The position numbers were made by a program, and so were the translations under genes. Positions 35,042 through 46,388 of a stretch of DNA of 64,000 nucleotides are shown here, one piece after another. The notes under the pieces are model-generated. The model had not been told where the DNA came from and ran no database searches. It saw only the letters and a program-made list of their open reading frames with translations. The stretch is from Cyanophora paradoxa CCMP329 (Eukaryota > Plantae > Glaucophyta), in assembly GCA_004431415.1 (NCBI GenBank), contig QPMI01000401.1:124001-188000 (forward strand), given 5' to 3'. Numbering within the stretch: the first letter of the stretch is position 1; each line of letters opens with the position of its first letter.

Positions 35042-38000
35042 CTAGCGCGCCGGCGAGCCGCGCTGGAGGGACGATGGGAGCATCTGCGGCGCCGGCGCGG
35101 CGCGACGTCGAAATCGGGGGGGGGGGGGGGGAGGGGGGGGGGTAGTGCACGTAGCCGGAGCGGAGGGAGTGGGGGAAGGAGCCGACGTGGCTGTCGCGGC
35201 GGCGCAGGGAGCCCACCGCGTCCTGCGAGGATATTCGAATAAGGTACTCCGGAGGGCAGAGGGGAATGTGGAGCTCGAGGGGGGTACGGCACCTGGCCAT
35301 GGCCATGGGATCCGGAGCCGCCGTGGAGGCCGTGCGCGTGGGGGTCGCGCCTGCGGCCGGCGGTGGGCAGCGGCTCCCGCTCGCGCCGCTGCCCCTCCTC
35401 GCCCCTGCTCGAGCGAGGGGTGAGCGCGCGGCGCGGCGGCGGACGCCGAGGCGGCCGCGGCCGTTAAGGGTGCGCACGCGGCCGGCGCGAGGAGCGCGGA
35501 GGTGGCCAGGGGCGGCGGGGCCGGAGACCCGGCCGGGGTCGTCTGGTACGTCGTCTCGGGCTCGAGATCTGCGCCCCGCCGCGCGATCAAGGCCTCAGGC
35601 CTTAGCTTAGCGCGCGGGGCACGGGTCACGAGGCCGGGCGGGCGGGCGGGGGGCACCCGTGTCGAGCGCGCTGGCGCTGGAATCGTCCAGATCTGCGCGC
35701 GCGGGGGGGAGGGCGGGTCGCGATCGGTCAGAACCGGGGTCCGGGGGCCTAGATCTAAAGAAGGCTCGAAGGAGGTGGGGGGCGGACCCTCCGAGTCGGC
35801 GGCGAGCTCGCTGCGGTTGTAGACGATCGTGCCGGTCACCATGATCACGAAGCCGAGCTGCGCGGGGCGGGGCGGGAGGGAGTGAGGCGGCGAAGGCAAA
35901 GGAGCTCGAGCGAGGGGGGGTGGGGCCGCCGGGCGGGCGCGCGGGGCGGGGCCGGGGCTCGCCAGCTGGGTGAAGGAGCCGCGCCCCCACTTCTCGCCGT
36001 ACTGCCCGTCGGAGACGGCGTAGTAGAGGGTGAGGCCGATGACCCAGGCCGCGAGCGTCCGCATCGTCTCCAGCAGCATCCGGTGGATCGCCGAGAGGCC
36101 CTGCGTCACTGCCCGCCGAGTGGGGGGGGGGGGAGGGGGGGGTAGGGGCGGACGCACCGCACATGGCGAAGTAGTTGTAGAAGAGCGTCGCGACGACGTC
36201 CAGCGCCTGCCGCCCCGCCCCCCGGCCGCCCCGCCTCGTGAGCAAGCGGCGGGGCGGGCGGGGGGGGGAAGGGGGGGGGAGGGGGGGGGGGGGGAGAGGG
36301 CGGCAGTGCGGCCGCGGGCCACGCTCATTATAAGACAGGCCGAAGCTTAGCCAGGCTTAGCTAATGAATCGTACGGTGGGGTAGGCTTGGCTAGACACGA
36401 GCCGAGGCGCGCGGAGCTCGCGATCGTGCGCGGGGCGGGGCGGGCGGGGCGGGCGGAAGGGAGAGAACGGGGGACGCCACTGCTTCTAGAGCAGGAGCTC
36501 GCCTAGCTGGCGCCTCCGCCAGACCCCGCTCCTAGCTGGGGACCCGGGTCCCCAGCCTCTATCCTACGGGGCGCACGTTGAGGGCGATGAGGGCGCCGCT
36601 GTTGGCGATGAGCCGCATCGAGTCGAACGAGTTCTCGAACGAGCCCTGCGCGGCGGGGCGGGGGGCCCGGGAAGCGCGCGGCGTCGGAGAAGTCGACGCC
36701 GCGTAGCGCAGGCAAGGCGAGGCCGCGGCCGTGCGGCCCGCTCATGATCAGTCTAGAGCTATGTATTCGGAGCCGCGGCATCGGCATCGGCGTGGGCGTC
36801 GGACCTCGTCGTCGCCCGGGATGAGCTGGGCGAGGGGCAGGGCGAGGAGGAGGCAGACGGCCGTCCCGTAGACGCCCTCCCACCCCACCACCTCCAGCGG
36901 CTCCATCTGCGGCGGCACGGGCGAGGTCCGACGGTCAGCCCGGAGGCCTCTATACAGCTAGGATCTCATTATTGTGGAGCGGCCGAGGGGCGAGCTCAGC
37001 CCCGGCTCATGCATCGCGGGGTCGATCGCGAGGGAGGCGGGCCTCGGAGGGCCCTGGATCTAATTTGAAGTGCGGGGCCGGAGGCCCAGGCTAGGCCCGC
37101 TGGCTGGAGGGCCCTGGATCTAATTTCAAGTATGGGGCGGCGGGGGAAGTCTCAAGGCGGGCCTCGATGTGCTGGAGGAGGTACTCCTCGATGACCATCT
37201 GGAAGGCGTGCACCATCTGTCTGCGCTCACGGTCGCGGGGGCGGGGGCGGGGGCGGGGGCGGGGGCGAGGGCGTCGGGTGCGAGCCACGGGGCGGGGGCG
37301 GGGCGCGCGCTGGGGCGCACGAGACGAGGATGAGGCCGATGCCGAAAAGCTCGTCCGCCCGCGCCTCCTCCGTCTAGGGGGAGAGGTCAGGCCTAGGGGG
37401 AGATCTAGAAGGGGGCAGGGGGGCCAGGGGGGGCAGGGGGGGCGGGGCACCGAGACGCCGTCGCCACCCTCGGCGTTCAAGCCCCCCGCGATGCCCACCA
37501 GCGTGATCCCGATCACGCACAGCACGAGCCCTGCCGCCGGCGTCGCGGGGGACTCGGAGGCGGGCGGGCGGGCGGGCGGGCGGGCGGGCGGGCCGGTGCA
37601 GTGGTACTTGTCGAGGCGGCGGCCGAGGAAGAGGACGGAGAAGAGGGCGCAGAAGACGAGGTTCGCCCCGTTCAGCGTCTGCGCGCGCCGCCCTGCCGCC
37701 TCAGACAGACCGGAACCGGGGGAGGGGGGTGGGAGGTGGGGGAGGGGGGGAGGGGGGGCGGGGCAGCATGGGGGCGGCCGGGGAGAGGAAGGGGGGGAAA
37801 GGGGATGCGGGGAGGGTGTTAGGCGGGGGCGGGGGGGGGGGGGGGGAATGAGTGTGGGGGCCGGGTGGATAGGGAAGGGCGCGCGGGGAGGGGGAGGGGG
37901 GGGGAGAAGGAGAGTGGGGCCGGGTGGAGAGGGAAGGGCGCGCGCGCGCGGGCGGGGGGGGGGGGCGGGGGGGGGCTGAACCTGGTTGATGGATACAGTC

Positions 38001-38721
38001 GCTGCAGGGGCCGGGCCGAGAGCCGGGGCCGATGTGAGGCAAGGGAGGCAGAGACGGCAGAGGCGGCGGGGCGGGGGCGGGGCGGGCCGGGGCGCGCGCA
38101 CTGTAGACGAGGCCGGACATCATCAGGAGCGTCGCGAGGAGGTCCGTCAGGGCGGGGACGAGCGCGAGGAGGACCTGCGCTCCCGCCGCCGGGCGCCCCG
38201 CGCGCGCCGCAAACCCGTCAGGCTCCCGTGACGCTCGCGCCGCGGCGCGCCCATCGGCGCCGCAGAGGCCGCGGCGCACGCGGCGGCGGTGGTGCTTGTG
38301 CTTGGGCGTCTCCGGCCGGTCCGGCGTCTCCCGATCGGCGCCCTTCAGCGGCTGCCGCTCGGGGTCCGCCGCCGCGCGCCGCGCTTGCCGCTGCTTGAGC
38401 CACAGCAGCGGGAAGCAGAAGCACATCGAGGCGAACATCGTCATCGTCAAGAACCTGCGCGAATGAGACTCGTGCATTTCGGAAGCGAGCGCTGAAGCGA
38501 GCGTCGCAATTCACCATGGCTTCTCGAAGTTCTTGGGCTGTCCCGAGAGGCCCGTGGATTCGACCTGCTCTAACCCGCGTAAATGCAAGGTGCGCCATGC
38601 GCGACGCGCCTGGTCATGGGCGCCCCGGCGCGCGCGCCTCGAAGATCAGCTTCGCCGTGAGGCTGATGATGGTGCCGAAGACCAGCAGACCCGCTATAGG
38701 GAGCAGCACGCTCGTTCCCAT
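35042..38721 (-). CDS. SLC35F6-like drug/metabolite (nucleotide-sugar) transporter
   Basis: MGTSVLLPIAGLLVFGTIISLTAKLIFE; FLTMTMFASMCFCF; LVPALTDLLATLLMMSGLVY; TLNGANLVFCALFSVLFLGRRL; HAFQMVIEEYLL; LSAIHRMLLETMRTLAAW; GFVIMVTGTIVYN. Ends QRGSPAR*. Confidence 0.9.
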
Positions 38722-40725
38722 GGTAGCCGCGGCCGGTTGTAGCTATAGCGCGCGCGCGCGCGCGGCGGCAAGCAGGTGAACGATACGTATACCGATGCCC
38801 CTCCCGATGATCCGAGCAACGAGACGTAGCTGCAGGCGGGACGTGCGGCGCTTGCTGCTGCTCGGCGCACGGCGTAGATCGCCGGTCGCTTCGCTGCCGG
38901 CGTCATATGCTCGGCGTGCGAATATGCTGTACCCATCTGTCTTCGTTCGCAGCCTGCGCGCCGCGTTTTTCATTCACTCGAAACAATCGCTTTTTTATTC
39001 ACTCGAAATTTTTCTTGCTTGCGCTAGCGCTTGCGCTTGCGCTAGCGCCTCGCCGCTTCCCTAAGCCTGCACAGTCTGCACTGCTTGCAATTTGCAACTG
39101 CAACATGTGCAACTGATATAATTAAAGCTTGCTAATTGCCCGACCTCTAAAACGCCGCGCCGGCAGTATACGTAGGCCCGGTACCGGTCGCCCCGGCCGC
39201 GGCGCTACGCGAATTCGAATGACGTCGACGTCGACGTTGACGTCGACACTTCGCCCTCACGCCGCGGTACGTATACGTACTAGATCTTTGACTCGCCCCC
39301 GCTCTCTGCTCGTCTCAGGATGTGCAATTTGCAAGGTGGGGTCTAATTGAAACATGACAATTTCGAATTCAAGCAATGTGTTCGTCCTGTCGAAAATAGC
39401 TGCAGGGCACTGCCATATATACCAGACCAGAAAGCCTGACGATCGCGCAAGCCTGCGTCGCCGCGCGTCACGCCCCCGCCCCGCCCGCCGATCGCGCGCG
39501 AGCCACGCCGCCGCGCGCGCGCCGCGCCCGCGCGGCCGCCGCGCCCGCCGATCGCGCGAGCCGCGCCGCCGCGTCCCGCGCCCCCACCTCGCCCACGTGC
39601 ACCGGGCCTCGTCACCGCCTGGCGAGCCGTGCCACGTACGCATGCACCCAGCCCGCCACCCGCCGCGCCTTCCGGAGTCCGGGATCCGCCCCGCCCGGCC
39701 CGGGCCCGTCATGGCGTCGAGTTGCAGAGCCGGCCGCTGCGCGCTCCCGCCCCATTCATCATATAAGGAAGCGCGCGAGCCCCCGGCCCGTGCCCGGCCG
39801 CGGGTTAGCCGAGCATGCGCAGCCACATGCTGCGCCGCCCCTTATTCACAGCGGACCGGGTTATAGCAAAAGGATTTACCGCTTAGACAGCGTGACAGAC
39901 AATTGCAATCCGACGGGCCGGGTATATATCAAAAGCGCGTAGCAGGGGAGAAGAGCAGCTGCCCCCCCCCCCCCCTCCCCCCCCCCCCCCCCCCCCTCCC
40001 CGAAGCAAGCAAGACGCCCCCGCCCCTCCCTCCCCCCCGGCGCGCGCGCGCAAGAATTTTAAAGGAAGCAGGCAATTTCAAGACGCACCCACTGCGGCAT
40101 ACTAAAGATACTGTATACGTATTCACATTCCATATGCTACAAGCTTTTTGGTCAAGAGAAATTAAAGGAACCTCACGCGCACATTGTCTCAGATCTAGAG
40201 TCTGGCAAATGAATCTAAGCTTACATTTCGGCGACACCTTGATCATGAACATAAATTAAGCAGCCTGGGGATCGACAGAAATGAAATTCTACCGAAGAAA
40301 CTGTACATAGAGAAGCTTACGCATGCACATGAGAATACAAATATATATATATATATATGGAGCTCACAATAGCGCTAGCCAGACACTGAGTAGTGGCGGC
40401 TACCAACCTCGGCCTACGTATATACGTATCCGGATCCATATGCACCTCAAAGATCTAGATATCGATCTGGATATATATCGACACATAGCAAAATTAACAG
40501 CTATACATGCAGATGTTAGCAAGCAGAAATTGCATCCAAAAATGCACAATGCACCCTGCAGAAATTGCATTAAAATGTACATGTGGTCATGATGCATCAC
40601 GCGATCGAATTCGAAAACGATCGAAATAGCGCCGCCTACGGAAAATGAAAGAAGAAAATGGATCAAAGAATTTTCGAAGCGAGCGACGTTAACTTTGGCC
40701 TAGCTTTAGAACGAGCAATTGCAAA

Positions 40726-41870
40726 TCACGAGAGCGCGACGCAAACGTCACCCTCAAATTCTACATCGCTCTCGAGAATGCGAGGGAGTGTGAGGGAGCG
40801 GGAGCGGCGGAGGAGGGCCAGGGATCGCGATCGCGAGGTCGACAGGCCCGGGGACGAGCTGAAAGCGGCGAGCATAGAGCCCCAGGCCCTTGCCGCCGCC
40901 GCCGCCGCCGCCGGCTGGAGCATGCCGGGCCCGAAAGAGCGGATTGCGGGGCGCGGCGCCGGCTTGACGAGCGCCTTCGGAGCTCGGAGGGGGCTGCCGG
41001 GGGGGGAGGGACCCGAGGCGGGCGATGGCAGGCCGGGGGGTGAAGACGCGCCGTAGAAAGCAGGGGATCCCGGGACGATCCCGCCCTTGCAGGGCCGCGA
41101 CTCGGACGGAAGGAAGAGCTGCAGGTGACCCCGAGGCACCGCCCCGAAAACAAAGCACAGGCGCTGGGGCAGGCGCTGCCGGTGGACGCCCTCGGGCCAT
41201 GAATTCGAATATGGCTCCGGGTCCGTTTCAATGGCCACCGTCCGGTTGCCGCTGATGCCCTCCCAGTCCATGCGGCCCGAAGACCGCAGAATAAAGCTGC
41301 GAAAGCGTCGGGTCGATATCAGAGACCCGGGTGACCGACGCACTGCGGCACGCCCTTTTCGCAACTAGAAATGGCCCGGCCCGGCGCGCGGCGGGGCGGT
41401 GGAAATGGCCCCTGACCGTTCAACGGTTAAGTTCAAGGTTGCATAGCATGAATTCAAATTGGCTTTAGGGTGCACTTGGATGTAATGATGACGCGACATG
41501 TACGTATACAGGTGCCGCGCTCGGGGATCACCGGATCGGCCGCGGGCGTTCCTGGACACGGCTCACCTCTTCAGCTCGACTTGCCATGGTCGCGTGTCGG
41601 CATCTGCTTCGGTGTCCCTCGCCAGCTCGAACTGCCCGCGCCACTTGGGCCAGCCACTTCCGTCGAGCCGCAGCGCCTTTGCATGCGCCATCGAAGTTCA
41701 TGATCAGAGTTTGCGGAATGCGTATACGCGGGGGCAGGGAAGACGGAGTCGGATGGGGCACTTTCGATGGCTGCCACGAGCCGAGCTCGGAAGCCGCGCC
41801 CGAGAGAGCGACGGTGTCCCCGAAGCGCGTGTCCTCGCAGTGTATCTCGACTTGCACCGTCACTCGCTGT
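40726..41870 (-). CDS. CBM20 (starch-binding domain) protein, spliced; ends uncertain
   Basis: VTVQVEIHCEDTRFGDTVALSGAASELGSWQPSK | ALRLDGSGWPKWRGQFEL | FILRSSGRMDWEGISGNRTV retains the LGxW, W and WE..NR signatures of CBM20. Confidence 0.7.
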
Positions 41871-42977
41871 GCGTTGCTCGAGGCCCCTAGACCTGCAACG
41901 CGACGAGCCCGTCAATCGATTGCGCCGCATGCAGTGAAATCGAGAAATTGTCAAGAATCCGAACGCACCGAGATTGATTACGGGTTTTGCTCTGGTGGCA
42001 ACGGAGGCCGGGCCTGCGCATTCAGTCGCCGCACTTGCTACGACCAGGCAAGGGTCGTCGACGTCGAAATCGCCCCGAGCATCGTCAAAATCGCCCCGCA
42101 TCTGCAGCTGTGCATGCTCCGCGGCGATGTCGATATGCAGATATCCATGCATGATGTCCGACAGGTTGTATGCGTACATGTACATGCGCAGCTGCAGCTG
42201 CAGGCACTTGTATAACGCTAGCTGCAGATTAATATATATTCAAGCCGTACAAGAGGCACTAGCGCTAGCTGTAACGGTATAGTGGGATCCCAGGTCTGCT
42301 GGGGATGATCACGATTCACGATCGATATCAGGGTTGATCGCGATCAGGGTCCTCAGGGAATAATTATAATGGGTCCGACGGGCCGTGCCTGTAAGTCTTG
42401 AAGGTCCGACGGGCACGCGCGCGGACTGACGCCGTCTAGATTCTAGATATCGTATACTACCTACGGGGGGTTAAACGTTCGCGCACTGCGCACTACGCAC
42501 TGCGCAGTGCCGCCTCATGATCAGGCCGAGTCAGCCGAGTGCGCAGGCCCTCAGCCGAGTCCGAGTCAGCAGTGACTCGGCACTGCGCACTACGCACTGC
42601 GCAGTGCCGCCTCCGGCCCTCATAATCAATCATGATCCGATCATCGGATGATCACTAGTACTGTCAGCCGGCGGCGTCCCGCCGTTGCCCGCCGGGCCGC
42701 CGGCGCCGGCGGGGAGACGCCGGGGAGACGCCGGGGAGTCGCGAACTTCGGAATCGCGATCGGGCGTCTGATTCGGGCCTCGGGAGTCGGGCCCTCGGCC
42801 CCAAGAGTTTTTTTGCGCAACTTGAAAATTCGGAATCGGATCCCCCATCGGGCCCCATGCCACGGTTGCCACCCAGGGGCCAGGCCCCAGGCCACCAGGC
42901 CCGGGTGCCCAGGGGCCAGGGCCCCAGAGGCCCCCAGGCCCCCAGTCCGGATCCGGACTCCGGACTCCGGACTAGTA

Positions 42978-43231
42978 CTGTAGAACTAGTTATTTTAGCA
43001 CAGGAAAATAATTAGTACTTCGCCAAAAAATGCCACTTTAGCAGCTGGTGAAACTTTAATTTAGTAGGTCAGCGGACCGTCAGCCTTCGCAGGGCTTTTG
43101 TATGTCGGAGACGGGACTACCCCTACAATTTCTCGGCTTTAGCAGGCGGGAAAAATTTAGTAGAACGGCCTAAACTTTTAGTACTATAAATAAGCAGCCC
43201 ACTAAATATATCCAGCTCCGAGGCTCTCCAG
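42978..43231. mobile_element. Decayed MITE, TA|CTG...CAG|TA
   Basis: Weak terminal inverted repeat (CTGTAGAAC...TTTAG vs CTGGAGAGC...TTTAG), TA on both sides, internal TTTAGYA repeats. Confidence 0.45.
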
Positions 43232-43480
43232 TACTCCGGAGTCCGGACTCCGGACTCAACCGTTGAACAGTGCACGTGGCAACTTGGCATGGGCTTATCG
43301 CGGATGTCACATTGACTGTGACATTGTCACAGTGTCACAATTCGTCATGATCAGTGAATCGTCACCAATGTCACTGAGTCACGTGTACCGGTGCGTATAT
43401 ATATATATATATATATAGTAAATCGGGAGGTTAGGTTCAATAATAGGTAACTAAATTATAGGTTGTCGTTGTTATAATTA

Positions 43481-43694
43481 CTGTCAATGTACTATGTTAG
43501 ACGGGTATAAAGTTAGGCGTGGATAGACGAGGTAACCCATTCGAATTCGTCTAACTTAATCCCCGTCTAATCCCACTCGAACTGCCTAACGGGGGTATAA
43601 AGCTTTCGTCTAACTCGTCTAACTTTGTCCACGTCTTTCATGGTGGGTGGGCAAACGTCTAACTAAATACCCGCCTAACATAATACATTGACAG
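43481..43694. mobile_element. MITE (214 bp) with 28-bp TIR and TA TSD
   Basis: Left CTGTCAATGTACTATGTTAGACGGGTAT vs right revcomp CTGTCAATGTATTATGTTAGGCGGGTAT (2 mismatches); internal CGTCTAAC repeats. Confidence 0.9.
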
Positions 43695-43871
43695 TAACCT
43701 TACCCACGTCGATTGAGCTCCGCGAATCGTCGCCGCCGTTTCTTCGTGCCACGGTCACGGGGTGCTCGGCAAGCTGCAGCCTGCAGGACCGGACTACCGG
43801 TAGCCGGCGGTAGGCTGCAGGCGGTCGACGGCTGCGCATGCTACCGCCACCTACCGGTTTAGAGCCTACTA

Positions 43872-44092
43872 CTGTAGGAATGCTTAAATTGCCGTGTAGT
43901 TAAATTGACGAATTCGACCAAAACCGGAATTGCCTTGGCGATAAATTGCAATGTTGCTGGGGGTAGGGGCTTTCTTAGGCCGCCATACTATGATAGAGCG
44001 AAAGCCTGGATTCGGCAATTTATCGCCACGGCAATTCCGGTTTTGGGCGAATTCGGCAATTTTACTGCACGGCAATTTAAGCCGTCCTACAG
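43872..44092. mobile_element. MITE (221 bp) with about 77-bp TIR and TA TSD
   Basis: CTGTAGGA..GCTTAAATTGCCGTG...CCAAAACCGGAATTGCC.TGGCGATAAATTGC is mirrored at the right end; AATTGCC subrepeats. Confidence 0.92.
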
Positions 44093-44985
44093 TACTTAGT
44101 AGTAGGGCCCCAAGAATTCGAAGCGAAAGGCGCCATTCGATCTCCGCCAACGCCTTGCGAATAATTGTGACCCTCCAAGGGCCAAGGCCAAGGCTAAAAC
44201 GTTACGAAAAAACGAACGTCTCTTTAAAAGTTTTTCTTCTAGGAACCGTCACAACCGTGTGACCGACACTGACCGTCGCCGGACCGACGCCGGTCCGTCG
44301 GAAGATCGACTCGGAACGTCACGGCCCAGAGTCACGGCCCTCACGGGGCCGTTGGACTGTCACTTGAGCTTGCGGGTTTTTTAATTACTTCGAATTCCGC
44401 TGCTTGAAGTTCTCAGAGTCTGCAACTTAAAAGACTGCAAGACTCTGGAACTTAACGCGTACGGTATGAAATTTCGGCGCGGCACCGGGCAACTTGCGGG
44501 CAAGTTGCGGGCCTAACTTGCGGCATGCCATGATGCGCAAACACTCAGGCTGCCAAAGTTCATGAGCAGCCATTGCCAGCCAAACAGCCCGCAAACTTTT
44601 GAAACCCACTTATAATTAAGCCTGATCATTGATCATATAAATAGTGATATATACATCAACATACCGGATCATCGGTCCGGATGTCAGCGGATGATACCGC
44701 ACATGACTTCAACGGTTGGCTCAGCGGCTATTACGCCGGCTAATACGCCGGCTATAGCTACGACTTAAGCTTGCAATTGGCGTGGCCAACATTGACGTCG
44801 ACGTCACGACGTCGACCACGTCATCGGATCCGGCCCGGGATCCGGAGTCGATTCATCCCAAGCTCCCAGAAGTCCCAGCAGGCCTAATCATTGAATGCCC
44901 AATTATACCACCGCCGTCTACCAGGTACCGGTATGCTATATATATACACATATAATTGTGATTGATCATGACCGCCCATCGCGAT

Positions 44986-45198
44986 TTTTTTGGGGGGAAT
45001 TACCGGCCAGTGGCGGGCCTGGCGGCACTGGCGGCCACAGCCTCTAGTCTACTCCAGCACTGTGGGGGCGTATACAGCATAATACAGGCAAGGTGGCCTT
45101 TAGGTGGGGACTGATCGTCACTGATTCGTCAGTGATTGATCGGAATTATGTGGAACGGGCGGGATTCAAAGGCGTGATTCTCATCGCAGGGCGATTCG
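44986..45198 (-). mobile_element. Short poly(A) retroposon (SINE-like), expanded copy
   Basis: Homologous to 5573-5717 over its whole length; flanked by ATCGCGAT at 44978-44985 and 45199-45206; carries several small insertions. Confidence 0.8.
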
Positions 45199-46180
45199 AT
45201 CGCGATGACCGGCGGGCCCGCGGCGGCCCGGCGGCGCCGGCCGGGCGGGCCGGCGGCGGCTCATGGCATATATATATGCATGGGTCGGAGAGTTCGCTCT
45301 ACCGGTAGGCGGCGGTAGCTACTAGCTAGATCTGAATCATCTGATCGGAGGAGTTCGGAGTTGTTATTGAATGCATGCGCAACGGTTGGCTGGTGATCAG
45401 TGATCACAGTTCATGATCATGAATGCATTAATATTTATCATTTGAAACAGTTCACGACTCACAGGCTCACAGGCTGGTCACAGCGACTCACAGGCTCACA
45501 GCTCAGCGGCTTCACCTGATCACTGATCAGACGGGAATCAGTCACGGGATTAGACCAACAGCCTGGCAGTCACCGAGTTCACAACTTCACATCGGCTCGC
45601 CCAATGCTCTGCCGTTTTCTTGCGAGAATATATACGCAAACTGATATACCTATAATGATTACTACCAGAACAGATCGGAATTCGAACCATCGTTTCGACG
45701 GTCCAGCGGACCGGACAGTCCGGACTCCTGCGCATGCGCATGCCGGCGCCGGCGCGCCGCAGCCAGGCGGCAGCCTGGCCCGGCCCGCAGCGCAGCCTGC
45801 CGCAGTGCGCAGGGCCGCAAGCTGACGACTCTGGAGTCTGGGACTCTGGAGTCTGGACTCTGGAGTCTGGGCCCATGCAGTGGGCCAGTGGCCATGGGCT
45901 GATCATGACTCAGTGAGTCAGTGACTCAGTGTCGACGCCCCAGACTAAGGGCCTTCTATTAAGTCTAAAGCCCCCAGTGCGGCCCCACTACCCGGTAGTA
46001 CTGCGGCCCCATTCTCCTCAGAGGCTCAGACTCTAGATGAGAGTCATGACTCATGAGACTAGATCTCCTGGGCTGGCCCCTGCGCATGCAGCTGGCCCCT
46101 GGCCTGGAGGCCCTGGACCGTAATACCGTAGTACATATATATGCGCAGGGCGGTGCACGTGGGCAGCACTGGCCATAATA

Positions 46181-46388
46181 CTGTAAAACATGCAATATCC
46201 AGCGTGACTTTATTTCGGCAAAACCCGAAAAATGCACCGAAATTGTGCTTCATCGGCATCATATATATTTTCGGCAACACAGCCAGTCCGCCTAGGCGGC
46301 GGGTACATTAATCCCTCTTTTGCCATGCATCTGCACAATTCTGGCAGCGCCGAACATTAAGTTCCGCCGGAGATTTGGTGTTTTACAG
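46181..46388. mobile_element. MITE (208 bp), TA|CTGTAAAACA...TGTTTTACAG|TA
   Basis: 10-bp perfect TIR extending degenerately to about 38 bp; TA on both sides. Confidence 0.8.
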
